DNA from: Candidatus Heimdallarchaeota archaeon
GTDB lineage: Archaea; Asgardarchaeota; Heimdallarchaeia; Heimdallarchaeales; Heimdallarchaeaceae
Length of the DNA: 45,330 nucleotides
Assembly: GCA_023705945.1 (NCBI GenBank)
Contig: BPTM01000158.1
Span: forward strand, 1-45,330
Direction: 5' to 3'
The notes under the pieces were generated by a model, which had not been told where the DNA came from, did not search any database, and saw only the letters and a program-made list of their open reading frames with translations. Positions 24,985 through 34,027 of the stretch are shown piece after piece (positions within the stretch are counted from its first letter, which is position 1; every line of letters starts with the position of its first letter). Both the position numbers and the translations under genes were made by a program.

Positions 24985-25923
24985 CTATTGTCCCATGAAA
25001 GCATTAAGAACAGCCATAACAGTGCAAAGTCTGTTTTCAGCTTCATCAAAAACAACACTGTTTTCGCTCTCAAAAATCTCTTCTGTAGCTTCTTTATGTT
25101 TGTAAGGTAAACAGTGCATGAAGATAAAATCTTTTTTAGCATTAGAACATAGTTCCTCTGATACTATATAATTGCTGAAAACAGCTAGTTTTTCTTTCTC
25201 TTGCTTTTCTTCACCCATTGAAACAAATGTATCTGTTACTACTACATCAGCATCCTTCACTGCAATAGCTGCATCATTTGTTATGACAATCTTCGCACCT
25301 GTGTCTTCTGCAAAACCCATAGCCAACTCTACAACATCACTTGAGGGTTCATACCCTTTAGGTGTTGCCACTGACATGTCAATACCCATCTTTGCACAAC
25401 CAATAAGTAAGGAGTTACAAACATTATTGCCATCGCCTGACCATGCCAGTTTCAATCCAGCTAACCTATCCTTGTGTTCTTCAATTGTTAATAAATCAGC
25501 AAGGATCTGTAATGGATGATATTTGTCTGAAAGAGCATTGATAACTGGGACAGTAGAATACTTTGCTAGCTCCTTAACATCTTCATGGGCATAAACTCTT
25601 GCTAATACACCATCAAGCATTCTTGAAAGCACACGAGCTGTATCCTTAATAGTTTCTCCAGCACCTAATTGGATGTCTGAGGAGCTCAAGAAGACCCCGT
25701 GACCACCTAAGTAGTACATGGCGACTTCTGTAGAAACACGAGTCCGAGTTGATCTTTTTTGAAAAATCATTCCTAGAGTTAAACCTTTAAGCGGTTTTTC
25801 GCGATTATAGGCTTTAAAATCAGCCTTCAATCTTTTAGATTCATCAAGAAGAAAACGAATTTCTTCTGCCGTAAAATCTTTCAATGAAAGAAGTGACCTA
25901 CCTTTCAAATCCATAATTCTCAC
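24985..25923 (-). CDS. argF: Ornithine carbamoyltransferase
   Basis: 312 aa with the carbamoyl-phosphate motif STRTR, HPLQILADL, the ornithine-binding TDTFVSMG and HCLP. An alternative start is Met4 (25914). Confidence 0.9.
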   Translation of the reverse strand: MRIMDLKGRSLLSLKDFTAEEIRFLLDESKRLKADFKAYNREKPLKGLTLGMIFQKRSTRTRVSTEVAMYYLGGHGVFLSSSDIQLGAGETIKDTARVLSRMLDGVLARVYAHEDVKELAKYSTVPVINALSDKYHPLQILADLLTIEEHKDRLAGLKLAWSGDGNNVCNSLLIGCAKMGIDMSVATPKGYEPSSDVVELAMGFAEDTGAKIVITNDAAIAVKDADVVVTDTFVSMGEEKQEKEKLAVFSNYIVSEELCSNAKKDFIFMHCLPYKHKEATEEIFESENSVVFDEAENRLCTVMAVLNAFMGQ

Positions 25924-26035
25924 TAGCCAAAAAATCTCAAAGGAATTTAAAAAATGTTCTATATGAAGTTCTCATAATTTTAATTGAAAGAAAACAAGGT
26001 TTAAAGAGAACTACATGATTGATTAACTGAAGAAA

Positions 26036-26428
26036 ATGATTAATTATAAGAGACTCATTATATCAACAGTTACAGGAGCTTTGCTTGGAATTGTTTGTAT
26101 TATAGGTGTTGGTTTAAGAATTGAGGGAGGTTATCTAAAAAACATAGTTTATCTTTTGGGAATTTGGATGTCTCGTCTTGCACTAGGTGTAACAATTGGG
26201 TTTGTTGGGGAATTTACAATTATACCAGGAATAGGTTGGAAAAGATGGACGAATGTAAGTATTAGAGGGATTTTCTTTGGGTTATTGTTCTCAGTTACAG
26301 TATTATTACTAGACCCCCACTTCAGTTACATAACATTCACAGCTGGAATCGCATACGGTTTAATAACTGACGTAGTAGCCACATTCTTTGCAAGGAAAAA
26401 AGTAGAAAAAGAAGAAAAGAGAGATTAA
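26036..26428 (+). CDS. Small membrane protein (4 predicted TM helices)
   Basis: 130-aa ORF with four hydrophobic stretches and a charged C-terminal tail, KKVEKEEKRD. Confidence 0.5.
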   Translation: MINYKRLIISTVTGALLGIVCIIGVGLRIEGGYLKNIVYLLGIWMSRLALGVTIGFVGEFTIIPGIGWKRWTNVSIRGIFFGLLFSVTVLLLDPHFSYITFTAGIAYGLITDVVATFFARKKVEKEEKRD

Positions 26429-27630
26429 AAGAAAGTAGGTTCACCTTCAAATACTCTCTTGGGAGGTTCCATCTTGGCTGTTTCTTCAGGGGATAGTATC
26501 TCAACTAATTCATAATTGGAAGTACCCAAACCCATCTTTTCAACAAATTGTACTGTTTCATAAGGATCTTTGTAAGGTCCATGAACTCTGGTGAAGGGAT
26601 GAAGATCAACTTCAGAATCGAGATTAACATGTTTGAAATAAGGAGGAATGTTCTTTTCGATTAATCCTTCCTTCTTGATCAAGTCTAATGTGGCAGTTTC
26701 AATAGCAACAATATCTTTGCTACCAACAGCACCAATGTCATTAACAATAGGAAGCTGGCCAAAACCTAAACAATCACAATAGGCTGTGATCTGGTTAAGG
26801 ATGTTGATGTACATTACTTTCTCAGGTTTGAAAGTTTCAAGAACTTTCTGTGTTGCAATTGCCATCATCTCTTGGAAAGAAGTGTAGCTCTCACGAGGAA
26901 GTTTAACAGCTCCCAAACCACCATCAATTTGTAAACAAGTAAAGCATTGATGACAATCATGGTAATTCCTACGAAGGTTATCTTTTTCTTCATCATAACT
27001 TAGGGCACCATACGGACAAGATTCTACTAGTTTCTGAGCTAGCTCTGGTGTTCCTTTTGCTTTATCCCAGTATTCATCAATACTTGCAGCACCATGGATT
27101 TTTCTCCAACGAGTTGGACCAGAATAACCACCTAAAGCAAGATTCTTGATTGCTCCTCCATAACCACAAGCTCCATGACCTTTGGCATGAGCGAGATCTA
27201 CTAAAACATCAGCATCAATAAGAGCTCCAGCAAGGTCTAGCGTATCTATCCCCCTGTAGTTAATTTCAACAGGTTTGGTATAACCATCTTTAACTCCAGC
27301 AATTGGAATGATGGGACAACCACATGTTTCGGAGGTATAACCTCTGTTAACTGCATTATAAACGCTGGTTGGATTATCTGTAATAAAAGGGTAACCTCCA
27401 GTTTTCTTGATAGCTTCAACGATTCTTCTTACAAAGAAAACAGGTATAGTCTGATAACCATCGCTGAAACCTAAATGCATTTTGACAGCAACTTTATCCT
27501 TCTTCTCTATAGGGGTTTCTTCTAGTAAAAGTTCGACGATTTTGTCTAGTTTAACAGCAAAGGAAGCAAAAGTAGAACTTCTTCCATTTTGAAAAGAACC
27601 AAAATAAACCTTAGATTTTTCTGAACTCAT
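26425..27630 (-). CDS. DUF362-like protein with a ferredoxin-type Cys insert
   Basis: 401 aa. N-terminal KVAVKMHLG...IPVFFVRRIVEAIKKTGGYPFITDN resembles DUF362. The Cys motifs are CPYGAL and CHQCFTC. This assignment is from memory of the family pattern. Confidence 0.55.
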   Translation of the reverse strand: MSSEKSKVYFGSFQNGRSSTFASFAVKLDKIVELLLEETPIEKKDKVAVKMHLGFSDGYQTIPVFFVRRIVEAIKKTGGYPFITDNPTSVYNAVNRGYTSETCGCPIIPIAGVKDGYTKPVEINYRGIDTLDLAGALIDADVLVDLAHAKGHGACGYGGAIKNLALGGYSGPTRWRKIHGAASIDEYWDKAKGTPELAQKLVESCPYGALSYDEEKDNLRRNYHDCHQCFTCLQIDGGLGAVKLPRESYTSFQEMMAIATQKVLETFKPEKVMYINILNQITAYCDCLGFGQLPIVNDIGAVGSKDIVAIETATLDLIKKEGLIEKNIPPYFKHVNLDSEVDLHPFTRVHGPYKDPYETVQFVEKMGLGTSNYELVEILSPEETAKMEPPKRVFEGEPTFF

Positions 27631-27728
27631 GAAACTCGTAAACTTTGATAAATTAATAAATAATTCGTATAAAATTTTTGTTTCAACGAATTATTGATAT
27701 TAAAGAAATCATCAATTAATGTGATACT

Positions 27729-28598
27729 ATGTCAAAGAATTCTTGGATAAAGGGAAAAACCTGTATGATAACAGGAGCTAATACAGGGATAGGAAAAGAA
27801 ACAGCAAGACAAATAGCAGCTTTAGATGCTCAGGTAGTAATGGTTTGTCGTAACCAAGAAAAAGGGGCACAAGCTAAAGAAGAAATAATTCATACAACTG
27901 GTAACAAGAATATTGAACTTTTGATCTGTGATCTGGCATCATTGAAAGATGTGAAACGTTTTGCAGATGAGTTTCTACAAACATATACTAATCTACACGT
28001 TCTGATAAACAATGCAGGAGTGTTCCACATGAAGAGAACAACAACACAAGATGGATATGAAAGCACGTTTGCAGTAAACTATTTAGCTCATTACTATCTT
28101 ACAGAATTATTACTTCCTCTTCTGAAGAAAAGCTCTCCTTCAAGAATTATCAATCTCTCCTCTAACATACATAGATCCTTCAAAATTAAAATGAAAGATC
28201 CGTTTTTAGAAAATGGATACCTGGGACCACAAGCTTATAGCAATTCTAAAACTGCAATGGTTCTGTTTACCAACAAACTTGTTAGAGAACTGGAGGGAAC
28301 TGAAGTGACAGTGAATTCCGTAAATCCCGGACATGTAAAAACACAGATGACTACTGTTGGACTTTCAAAATGGTTCAGAAAATTTGCCGACCTTATACCA
28401 ACCCGTTCAATTGAAAAGAGCGCGGAAACTTCAGTGTATGTTGCGTCCTCTAATGATTTAGAAGAAATAACTGGGAAATACTTTACTGATTGCAAAGAAT
28501 CTAAAACAGCAAAAATGACCAAAGATGCGCATAATCAAGATTTCTTATGGGAACTAAGTGAGAGGTTAGTAGCAGAAGCATTGGCTAAACAAGATTAA
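27729..28598 (+). CDS. Short-chain dehydrogenase/reductase (retinol-dehydrogenase-like)
   Basis: 289 aa with TGANTGIGKETA, NNAG and S...YSNSK. Confidence 0.9.
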   Translation: MSKNSWIKGKTCMITGANTGIGKETARQIAALDAQVVMVCRNQEKGAQAKEEIIHTTGNKNIELLICDLASLKDVKRFADEFLQTYTNLHVLINNAGVFHMKRTTTQDGYESTFAVNYLAHYYLTELLLPLLKKSSPSRIINLSSNIHRSFKIKMKDPFLENGYLGPQAYSNSKTAMVLFTNKLVRELEGTEVTVNSVNPGHVKTQMTTVGLSKWFRKFADLIPTRSIEKSAETSVYVASSNDLEEITGKYFTDCKESKTAKMTKDAHNQDFLWELSERLVAEALAKQD

Positions 28599-28643
28599 TA
28601 AGCATACAAACGAATTTTATTAAAATCAGAACAGGTTATACGA

Positions 28644-29576
28644 ATGCCTAAACCTTATAGTGTAATGATGGATGAAATAAATGGTCGACTTAAAGGGAAG
28701 GTAGGAGATGAGCGAGCAAAGGAAATTCGTCTATTACTGAAAGAAATTCAATTTGATGTTGGAGACTATAGAAAAATCAAGGATAAGCTGAGACGAGAGT
28801 TAAAAGAAATAGAAACGATGGAACAAGCGAAAAAAGCATCGCGTAAAGGGAGCCACACTAAGAAGGAAACCCCCCAATTTGTGATAATAGGAGCAGCTAA
28901 CAGCGGGAAAAGTACATTACTAAATAATCTTACAGGGACCAATTTCCTCGTAGCAGATTATCCTTACACTTCGACCGAGGCACAATATGGTGCTTTGAAG
29001 CACGATAATGTTAATTTTCAGTTAGTAGAACTACCAGCAATATATGAAGGATGTTGGGATAACAACAAATCAACACTAGCCATGGTTCATTCAACAGATT
29101 GTCTATTGATTCTAGGGCGATCGATAAAAGACTTTAAGCTGGTATTATCTGAACTAAAAAAGAACAATATACATCTAAGAGCAGAGCGGATGGATGATGG
29201 CTTTGCACAAACAAATCCAAGGACAATACCAGCATTTTTAGTATACGATAAAAAGATGGAAGTTATGCTCTCAACAGGATTGAAAGAGGTTTCAAATGAT
29301 AACCTAGATGATGTTAAGAAAAAAATGATTGAGATAATCAAGCCTGTGCGATTATATACAATGGACTCATTTAACAAAATAGAAGATCTTCCAATAGTAT
29401 TTTTCAAGGACCATGTAACAGTGAAAGATGTAATTAAGAAAATAGGAAAAGGAAAGGTTGAGATTTTTAAGGATGCGGTAGTGCTTGAAGGCGGACCAAA
29501 TGGAAGAAGAAAAAGAGTAGGAATAAGTTACGAATTATCAGACGGCGACGTTATACATCTGACATTTCACAAATAA
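28644..29576 (+). CDS. DRG/Obg-class GTPase-like protein with a C-terminal TGS-like domain and degenerate G3/G4
   Basis: 310 aa. It has an N-terminal coiled/basic region, G1 GAANSGKST, a G2 region DYPYTST, ELPA where DxPG is expected and YDKK where NKxD is expected. The C-terminal ...VGISYELSDGDVIHLTF is TGS-like. Confidence 0.7.
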   Translation: MPKPYSVMMDEINGRLKGKVGDERAKEIRLLLKEIQFDVGDYRKIKDKLRRELKEIETMEQAKKASRKGSHTKKETPQFVIIGAANSGKSTLLNNLTGTNFLVADYPYTSTEAQYGALKHDNVNFQLVELPAIYEGCWDNNKSTLAMVHSTDCLLILGRSIKDFKLVLSELKKNNIHLRAERMDDGFAQTNPRTIPAFLVYDKKMEVMLSTGLKEVSNDNLDDVKKKMIEIIKPVRLYTMDSFNKIEDLPIVFFKDHVTVKDVIKKIGKGKVEIFKDAVVLEGGPNGRRKRVGISYELSDGDVIHLTFHK

Positions 29577-29597
29577 AGGAAAAAGAAAAAAGAGTTG

Positions 29598-30197
29598 TTA
29601 AGATAAATTGGAACCACAGCTCTCACAGAATTGCATACCTGCACTAGCCTTATGACCACAATAGGGACAGAAGTTAACCTCACCGGAGGGATAAATAACT
29701 TCAAGCTGTTTTTGAGAGATGGGTTCTGTAAATTCGGGAGATTTTTCATAATTGACTGTTTCACCAAGCATAATCTCACCTGATGCTGTATCATAACGAT
29801 ATTTAGCTTGACCTGTATTACGCAGATCAACAAGTACGCGAAGAACGTTCTTAGGTTTAATACCAGTCTCTTCAGCCAAAGTTTCAAGTTTAACGGAGCT
29901 ATCGCCACGGTTTTGAACAGCGCGTAAAACATTGTTACGCATTCGACGATCAGAGTCTAAATGGCCAATAGCACCAATTATAGTGAAAAAGGCGGGAATG
30001 AAAAACCAGTAACCCCAAGAAGCTAAGCCTATAAAATCTATACCGTAGCGTCTAAACAATAGTGATAGAATGCCTATAGCAATGAAAACAACCCCTGTAC
30101 CAAAGGCAGAATAATCTCCTTTGTAATCTTTTTTGGAATAATAGCGATTTTGTGACATAATTCTCAAGCTGAATATGACTTGGACTTTATTAAACAT
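29598..30197 (-). CDS. Membrane protein with 2 TM helices, a wHTH-like segment and a C-terminal zinc ribbon
   Basis: 199 aa; the likely start is Met14 at 30158. TM helices are FGTGVVFIAIGILSLLF and WGYWFFIPAFFTIIGAIG. LETLAEETGIKPKNVLRVLVDLRNTG is HTH-like. The C-terminus is CPYCGHKASAGMQFCESCG. Confidence 0.55.
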   Translation of the reverse strand: MFNKVQVIFSLRIMSQNRYYSKKDYKGDYSAFGTGVVFIAIGILSLLFRRYGIDFIGLASWGYWFFIPAFFTIIGAIGHLDSDRRMRNNVLRAVQNRGDSSVKLETLAEETGIKPKNVLRVLVDLRNTGQAKYRYDTASGEIMLGETVNYEKSPEFTEPISQKQLEVIYPSGEVNFCPYCGHKASAGMQFCESCGSNLS

Positions 30198-30231
30198 TAA
30201 TATTTGGAAAAATTTGTCTAAAAAAGATAGA

Positions 30232-30678
30232 TTAGGTGTTTCTACTCTTTCTTAGTTTGCTAAATAGTAGAACAATCAGAAATCTCAGGCCAATACCAAT
30301 AATAGAGCAACCAATTGTCATTAGAACGTAGAGCAAGGTAATAGCAAGATTCTGCGGTTTCCAAACCTCATCCAAAACCCCCAAATGTATATAGTAAAAC
30401 ACTGCTATTAAATTTATTTCAATATAGAAAAACAATGAATAAAAGGCACCAGAGATTAAACCATCAACTTTTTTTAAGGGTATTAAGCCTGAGATAAAAC
30501 CACCCAAACCAATAAGAGATAGCAAGAGAATGGCTGATTCTAATTCGGGATCAAAGTAGAAAAGATAATCGAGTAGAAAAGATAAATTGAAAACTAAAAC
30601 TCCAAGAATAACACCAAGAATAATAAATAAAGTACGTTTCTTTCTCTCTGCTAATTTATCAATTCCTTTAAGTGCCAT
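30232..30678 (-). CDS. Small membrane protein (4 predicted TM helices)
   Basis: 148-aa ORF that is hydrophobic throughout, with a basic C-terminus. Confidence 0.5.
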   Translation of the reverse strand: MALKGIDKLAERKKRTLFIILGVILGVLVFNLSFLLDYLFYFDPELESAILLLSLIGLGGFISGLIPLKKVDGLISGAFYSLFFYIEINLIAVFYYIHLGVLDEVWKPQNLAITLLYVLMTIGCSIIGIGLRFLIVLLFSKLRKSRNT

Positions 30679-30823
30679 AGCATATTATACAAGGAAGATG
30701 TAACTGATAAATTTATAGTTACTTAAGGTGAGTATCATACTTATTTTTTAAGATTAAACTAGAAAGGGAAATAGAACAAAAAACTTTTAATGGAATGGTG
30801 AAGAAAAAAGATAGAACAATGTT

Positions 30824-30931
30824 GCCTAGATAGCTTAGCTGGGAGAGCGCAGGACTGAAGATCCTGTTGTCGCGTGTTCAAGAACCATTTCAGATGCGTT
30901 CTGAAAGTTGAAAATCACGCTCTGGGCTCCA
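30824..30931 (+). tRNA. tRNA-Phe (anticodon GAA) with a 32-nt intron in the T-loop and encoded CCA
   Basis: Acceptor GCCTAGA/TCTGGGC (one G-U pair); D arm GCTT-AGCTGGGA-GAGC; anticodon arm CAGGA-CTGAAGA-TCCTG; variable loop TTGTC; T stem GCGTG/CACGC enclosing 39 nt (30877-30915), a 7-nt loop plus a 32-nt intron. The discriminator reads U, then CCA. Confidence 0.85.
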
Positions 30932-30998
30932 TTCATTTTTCTTTTGTATCCTTATTTCTTGCAGAAGTTTTTTTAAAAACTACTCTTTTTAAAGAACC

Positions 30999-32465
30999 AT
31001 GGTTAATGAAAACGATTCTATTAAATCCACATCTTTTGATGATGAGACAGCGGTCTCTTCACCAAAGTCTAATCTTCGGTCTACTGGAGTTATGGCTTCA
31101 TATGGTGTTGGAAAGTTCCTAGCTGAGTTCTTTACAGGTGCTTTTGGTGCTCTTGTTTTCTTCTATTTTGAGACCGAGCTTGGTTTGAAAACATGGCTTG
31201 CTGCTCTTGCTCTTGTTATTTATTCTATTTGGAATGCAGTGAACGATCCTGTTATCGGCTTTCTTACTGAGAAACCAACTTTCCTTTCCAAGAAACTTGG
31301 AAGGCGTTTTCCATGGATTATTTTTGGGGCACTCGTCTGGGTTTTCTCCTTTGTTCTTATATTTACCGTCCCTACATCTATAAGATCAAGTGATGGTGCA
31401 CTTTTTGCTTGGATGGTGTTGACAATTTGTTTGTATGATACCCTTTACTCTGTTTGGGAAGTGAATTATCAAAGTACCTTTGTTGATAAATTTAGAAGTC
31501 ATAAAGTTCGCAACAAAGCTGCAAGTATTGCTATTGTCATTGGTGTAATTGGTATTGCTGCAGGAGCTTTACTCCCAACATTCATAGTTGAATACAGTGA
31601 GTTTTTACCTGTATATGTTGATAACTCCGCCACTTTTATCACCAATGGATGGGTATTCTCTATTGTAGGTTTTGCATTGATATTTACAATGATTCCAGGG
31701 GTTAAAGAAACTCCTAAAATGATTGAACGGTACATGAAAAGCGTTGAATCTGAGGAAAAGGAAGGGTTCTTCAAACAGTTAAGGAAAGCTTTTACTCATA
31801 AAAACTTCCTCGCATTCATTCTACTTTTCTTCTTCTATCAAGCTGCTACTATGTCACTAACGGGAAGTATACATTATGTGGGGAAATATTTCTTAGGAAA
31901 TGTAGCAAAAACTACGCCTATTTTTGCTGCTATGCTAGCCGGAGCTTTAGTCTCAATTCCTATCTGGCTCTACTTCATTAAAAGGGTTCAAGACAATCAA
32001 AAGATGATTACAATAGCTGCTCTACTAATTGGTGCAAGCTTCATCCCGATGATTTTCCTTCGTGGTCAAATTGGTTTCATTATCGCTTTAGCTTTCTGGG
32101 GAATGAGTTTTGGTGGTTTTTGGCTTATCATGACTCCAGCTATGGCTGATTCAATAGATGAGATAGTTGTGAAAACAGGGAAACGAAATGATGGTATATT
32201 CTTAGGTTTTCGAGCATTTTTTGGGCGTTTATCTTATGCTGTCCAAGGTCTATCCTTCTGGGCTATACATGAACTTACAGGTTTCGATTCTGATCCTAAC
32301 GCTACAACTCAGACAGATCTCGCTCTGTGGGGAATCAATTTCCATTTGGCGCTAATTCCAGCTGTACTAGTTATAATTGGAGCAATTGTTTTCTGGAAAC
32401 TTAATACTTTGAATAAGGAGAAAGTTGCTAATATTAAGGTTAAACTAAAAGAAATGGATTTGTAA
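30999..32465 (+). CDS. GPH/MFS_2-family cation symporter (glycoside-pentoside-hexuronide type)
   Basis: 488 aa with 12 TM helices. The N-terminal pattern YGVGKF....FF...LGL....L..V..I..AVNDP.IG is typical of MelB/GPH transporters. Confidence 0.8.
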   Translation: MVNENDSIKSTSFDDETAVSSPKSNLRSTGVMASYGVGKFLAEFFTGAFGALVFFYFETELGLKTWLAALALVIYSIWNAVNDPVIGFLTEKPTFLSKKLGRRFPWIIFGALVWVFSFVLIFTVPTSIRSSDGALFAWMVLTICLYDTLYSVWEVNYQSTFVDKFRSHKVRNKAASIAIVIGVIGIAAGALLPTFIVEYSEFLPVYVDNSATFITNGWVFSIVGFALIFTMIPGVKETPKMIERYMKSVESEEKEGFFKQLRKAFTHKNFLAFILLFFFYQAATMSLTGSIHYVGKYFLGNVAKTTPIFAAMLAGALVSIPIWLYFIKRVQDNQKMITIAALLIGASFIPMIFLRGQIGFIIALAFWGMSFGGFWLIMTPAMADSIDEIVVKTGKRNDGIFLGFRAFFGRLSYAVQGLSFWAIHELTGFDSDPNATTQTDLALWGINFHLALIPAVLVIIGAIVFWKLNTLNKEKVANIKVKLKEMDL

Positions 32466-32543
32466 CTTAGCAAGTTCTTTCCTCCTATTTTCTTTCTCCA
32501 CATTCCCTAAAAAAGTTATAAATGTTTGAAGTCTCTTTCTTTT

Positions 32544-33650
32544 ATGAGATTTCCTCTTGCTTTAGATCAAATTATTTCCTTTTTCACTGCTTTTCTTCTT
32601 ATTATTTTGTTGTCTATCTCTTCAAATTTAGTTTTAGCTACTAGTAATTACGAATCTGTTGAAATCATCGAACTTGGACAGATATTAACAGGAGGAAGTG
32701 CAGTGTGTGTTGAAGTTTTTGAAAACATTGCATACCTTACAGATGATTTTACTGGTTTTCATATTATCGATGTCAGTTCCCCTTCTGATCCTGTTGAATT
32801 AGCTTTTGAATATATTGCAAATTCATACTTTTTTGATTTGGATATGACTTCAAATAGAGCATATGTTACAAGTTTATTTCAAGGATTGTTTATTTATGAT
32901 ATCAGTGATCCAACTAATCCTATAGAAGTAGGTCGTTTCAATGATGATAGAACTTATTCACAAGGTATAATCTATAAAAACAATCTTGTTTACATAGCTG
33001 ATGGTAACAATGGTCTGGAAATCATTGATGTTAGCACCCCTGCCAATCCAATTAAAATAGGAAACTTTACTGATATAGGTGACGTGCGAACACTATTTAT
33101 CAAAGAAAATCTCTGTTTTATTGGTTCAACGATCAATGGGTCTCATACTTCTTTAATACTATTGGATGTAACTGATCCTGTTTCCCCAACTCATATCTCT
33201 ACTTATACAACCCTTGGAAATGTCATGGACATATGTGTAAATGAGAGTTTAGTTTTTTATTCAACATGGGAATACGGTTTTGAAATCATTAATTATGAAA
33301 ATACTTCTTCTCCTTATTTTTTGAGTTCCTATAACGATGTGGGTTCTTCATCACACGTAATAGTAGAAGGTAGTACAATGTATGAAGCTGCTGTAACAGG
33401 AGGTTTGAAAGTAATAGACATCTCAAATTTCTCTCAACCAATAGAATTAGGTCATTATTTTGACGGAGGACAAGCTTTAGGGTTGTGTTTACGAGATAAT
33501 TTAATTTATGTTGCTGATAAAAGTGGTGGATTAGAGATTTTAGAAATAACATTTAACATAATTGGAAAAACAGGTGCATTTACGTTCTTCGTTGTTTTAG
33601 CTATATTTCCTGTTTCTTATTGTTATAGAAAGAGATTCAAAATGTCATAA
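32544..33650 (+). CDS. LVIVD-repeat beta-propeller surface protein with a C-terminal TM anchor
   Basis: Repeated units are AY(L/V)T....G(F/L).I(I/Y)D(V/I)S.P..P, for example FHIIDVSSPSDPVEL, LFIYDISDPTNPIEV, LEIIDVSTPANPIKI and LKVIDISNFSQPIEL. I prefer the ATG at 32544; the track uses TTG at 32526. Confidence 0.75.
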   Translation: MRFPLALDQIISFFTAFLLIILLSISSNLVLATSNYESVEIIELGQILTGGSAVCVEVFENIAYLTDDFTGFHIIDVSSPSDPVELAFEYIANSYFFDLDMTSNRAYVTSLFQGLFIYDISDPTNPIEVGRFNDDRTYSQGIIYKNNLVYIADGNNGLEIIDVSTPANPIKIGNFTDIGDVRTLFIKENLCFIGSTINGSHTSLILLDVTDPVSPTHISTYTTLGNVMDICVNESLVFYSTWEYGFEIINYENTSSPYFLSSYNDVGSSSHVIVEGSTMYEAAVTGGLKVIDISNFSQPIELGHYFDGGQALGLCLRDNLIYVADKSGGLEILEITFNIIGKTGAFTFFVVLAIFPVSYCYRKRFKMS

Positions 33651-33713
33651 GCTCAAAAAAATAGTGTCTCCTAATAAGCTAGCTTCATAAGTGTCTTTGT
33701 TGGGCAGTCAAAT

Positions 33714-33974
33714 ATGAGTATATTTGGCAAATGCGGACAGTGTGGAAAACCCATAGGACAAGCTAAAAAAACATGTGGAGCAAGTTTTGCGGTGTGCAAA
33801 ATCTGCAAGTTAATGATACATCCACACTGTATAGGAGAACACAGATTACTTCACAGAAATAGAGATATTATGATTAAAGATGCAGTAAATGATGATACAA
33901 ATTCTCTTATCTCGAAAGTTTTTTCCTCGGTTCGCGAGAAATTTGTTAAACCGAATACCAATTCCAAAAACTAA
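33714..33974 (+). CDS. Small Cys/His-rich zinc-finger protein
   Basis: 86 aa with CGQCGKP....C.....CKICK...HPHC..H..LH. No family assigned. Confidence 0.45.
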   Translation: MSIFGKCGQCGKPIGQAKKTCGASFAVCKICKLMIHPHCIGEHRLLHRNRDIMIKDAVNDDTNSLISKVFSSVREKFVKPNTNSKN

Positions 33975-34027
33975 TTTTTTTTGTTCTACAAAAAAACTAA
34001 ACAACGTCAAAGTTCTAACATTAGGAG

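Noticed and set aside
24927-25142. 71-aa minus-strand ORF at the argF 3' end.
   Set aside because: It overlaps argF in another frame and runs into an AT-rich terminator region, so it is likely spurious.
29567-29932. 121-aa minus-strand ORF overlapping 29598-30197.
   Set aside because: It is an alternative frame of the longer zinc-ribbon membrane protein gene, with no motif.
30874-31122. 82-aa plus-strand ORF.
   Set aside because: It starts inside the tRNA-Phe T-loop intron and overlaps the start of the GPH transporter in another frame.
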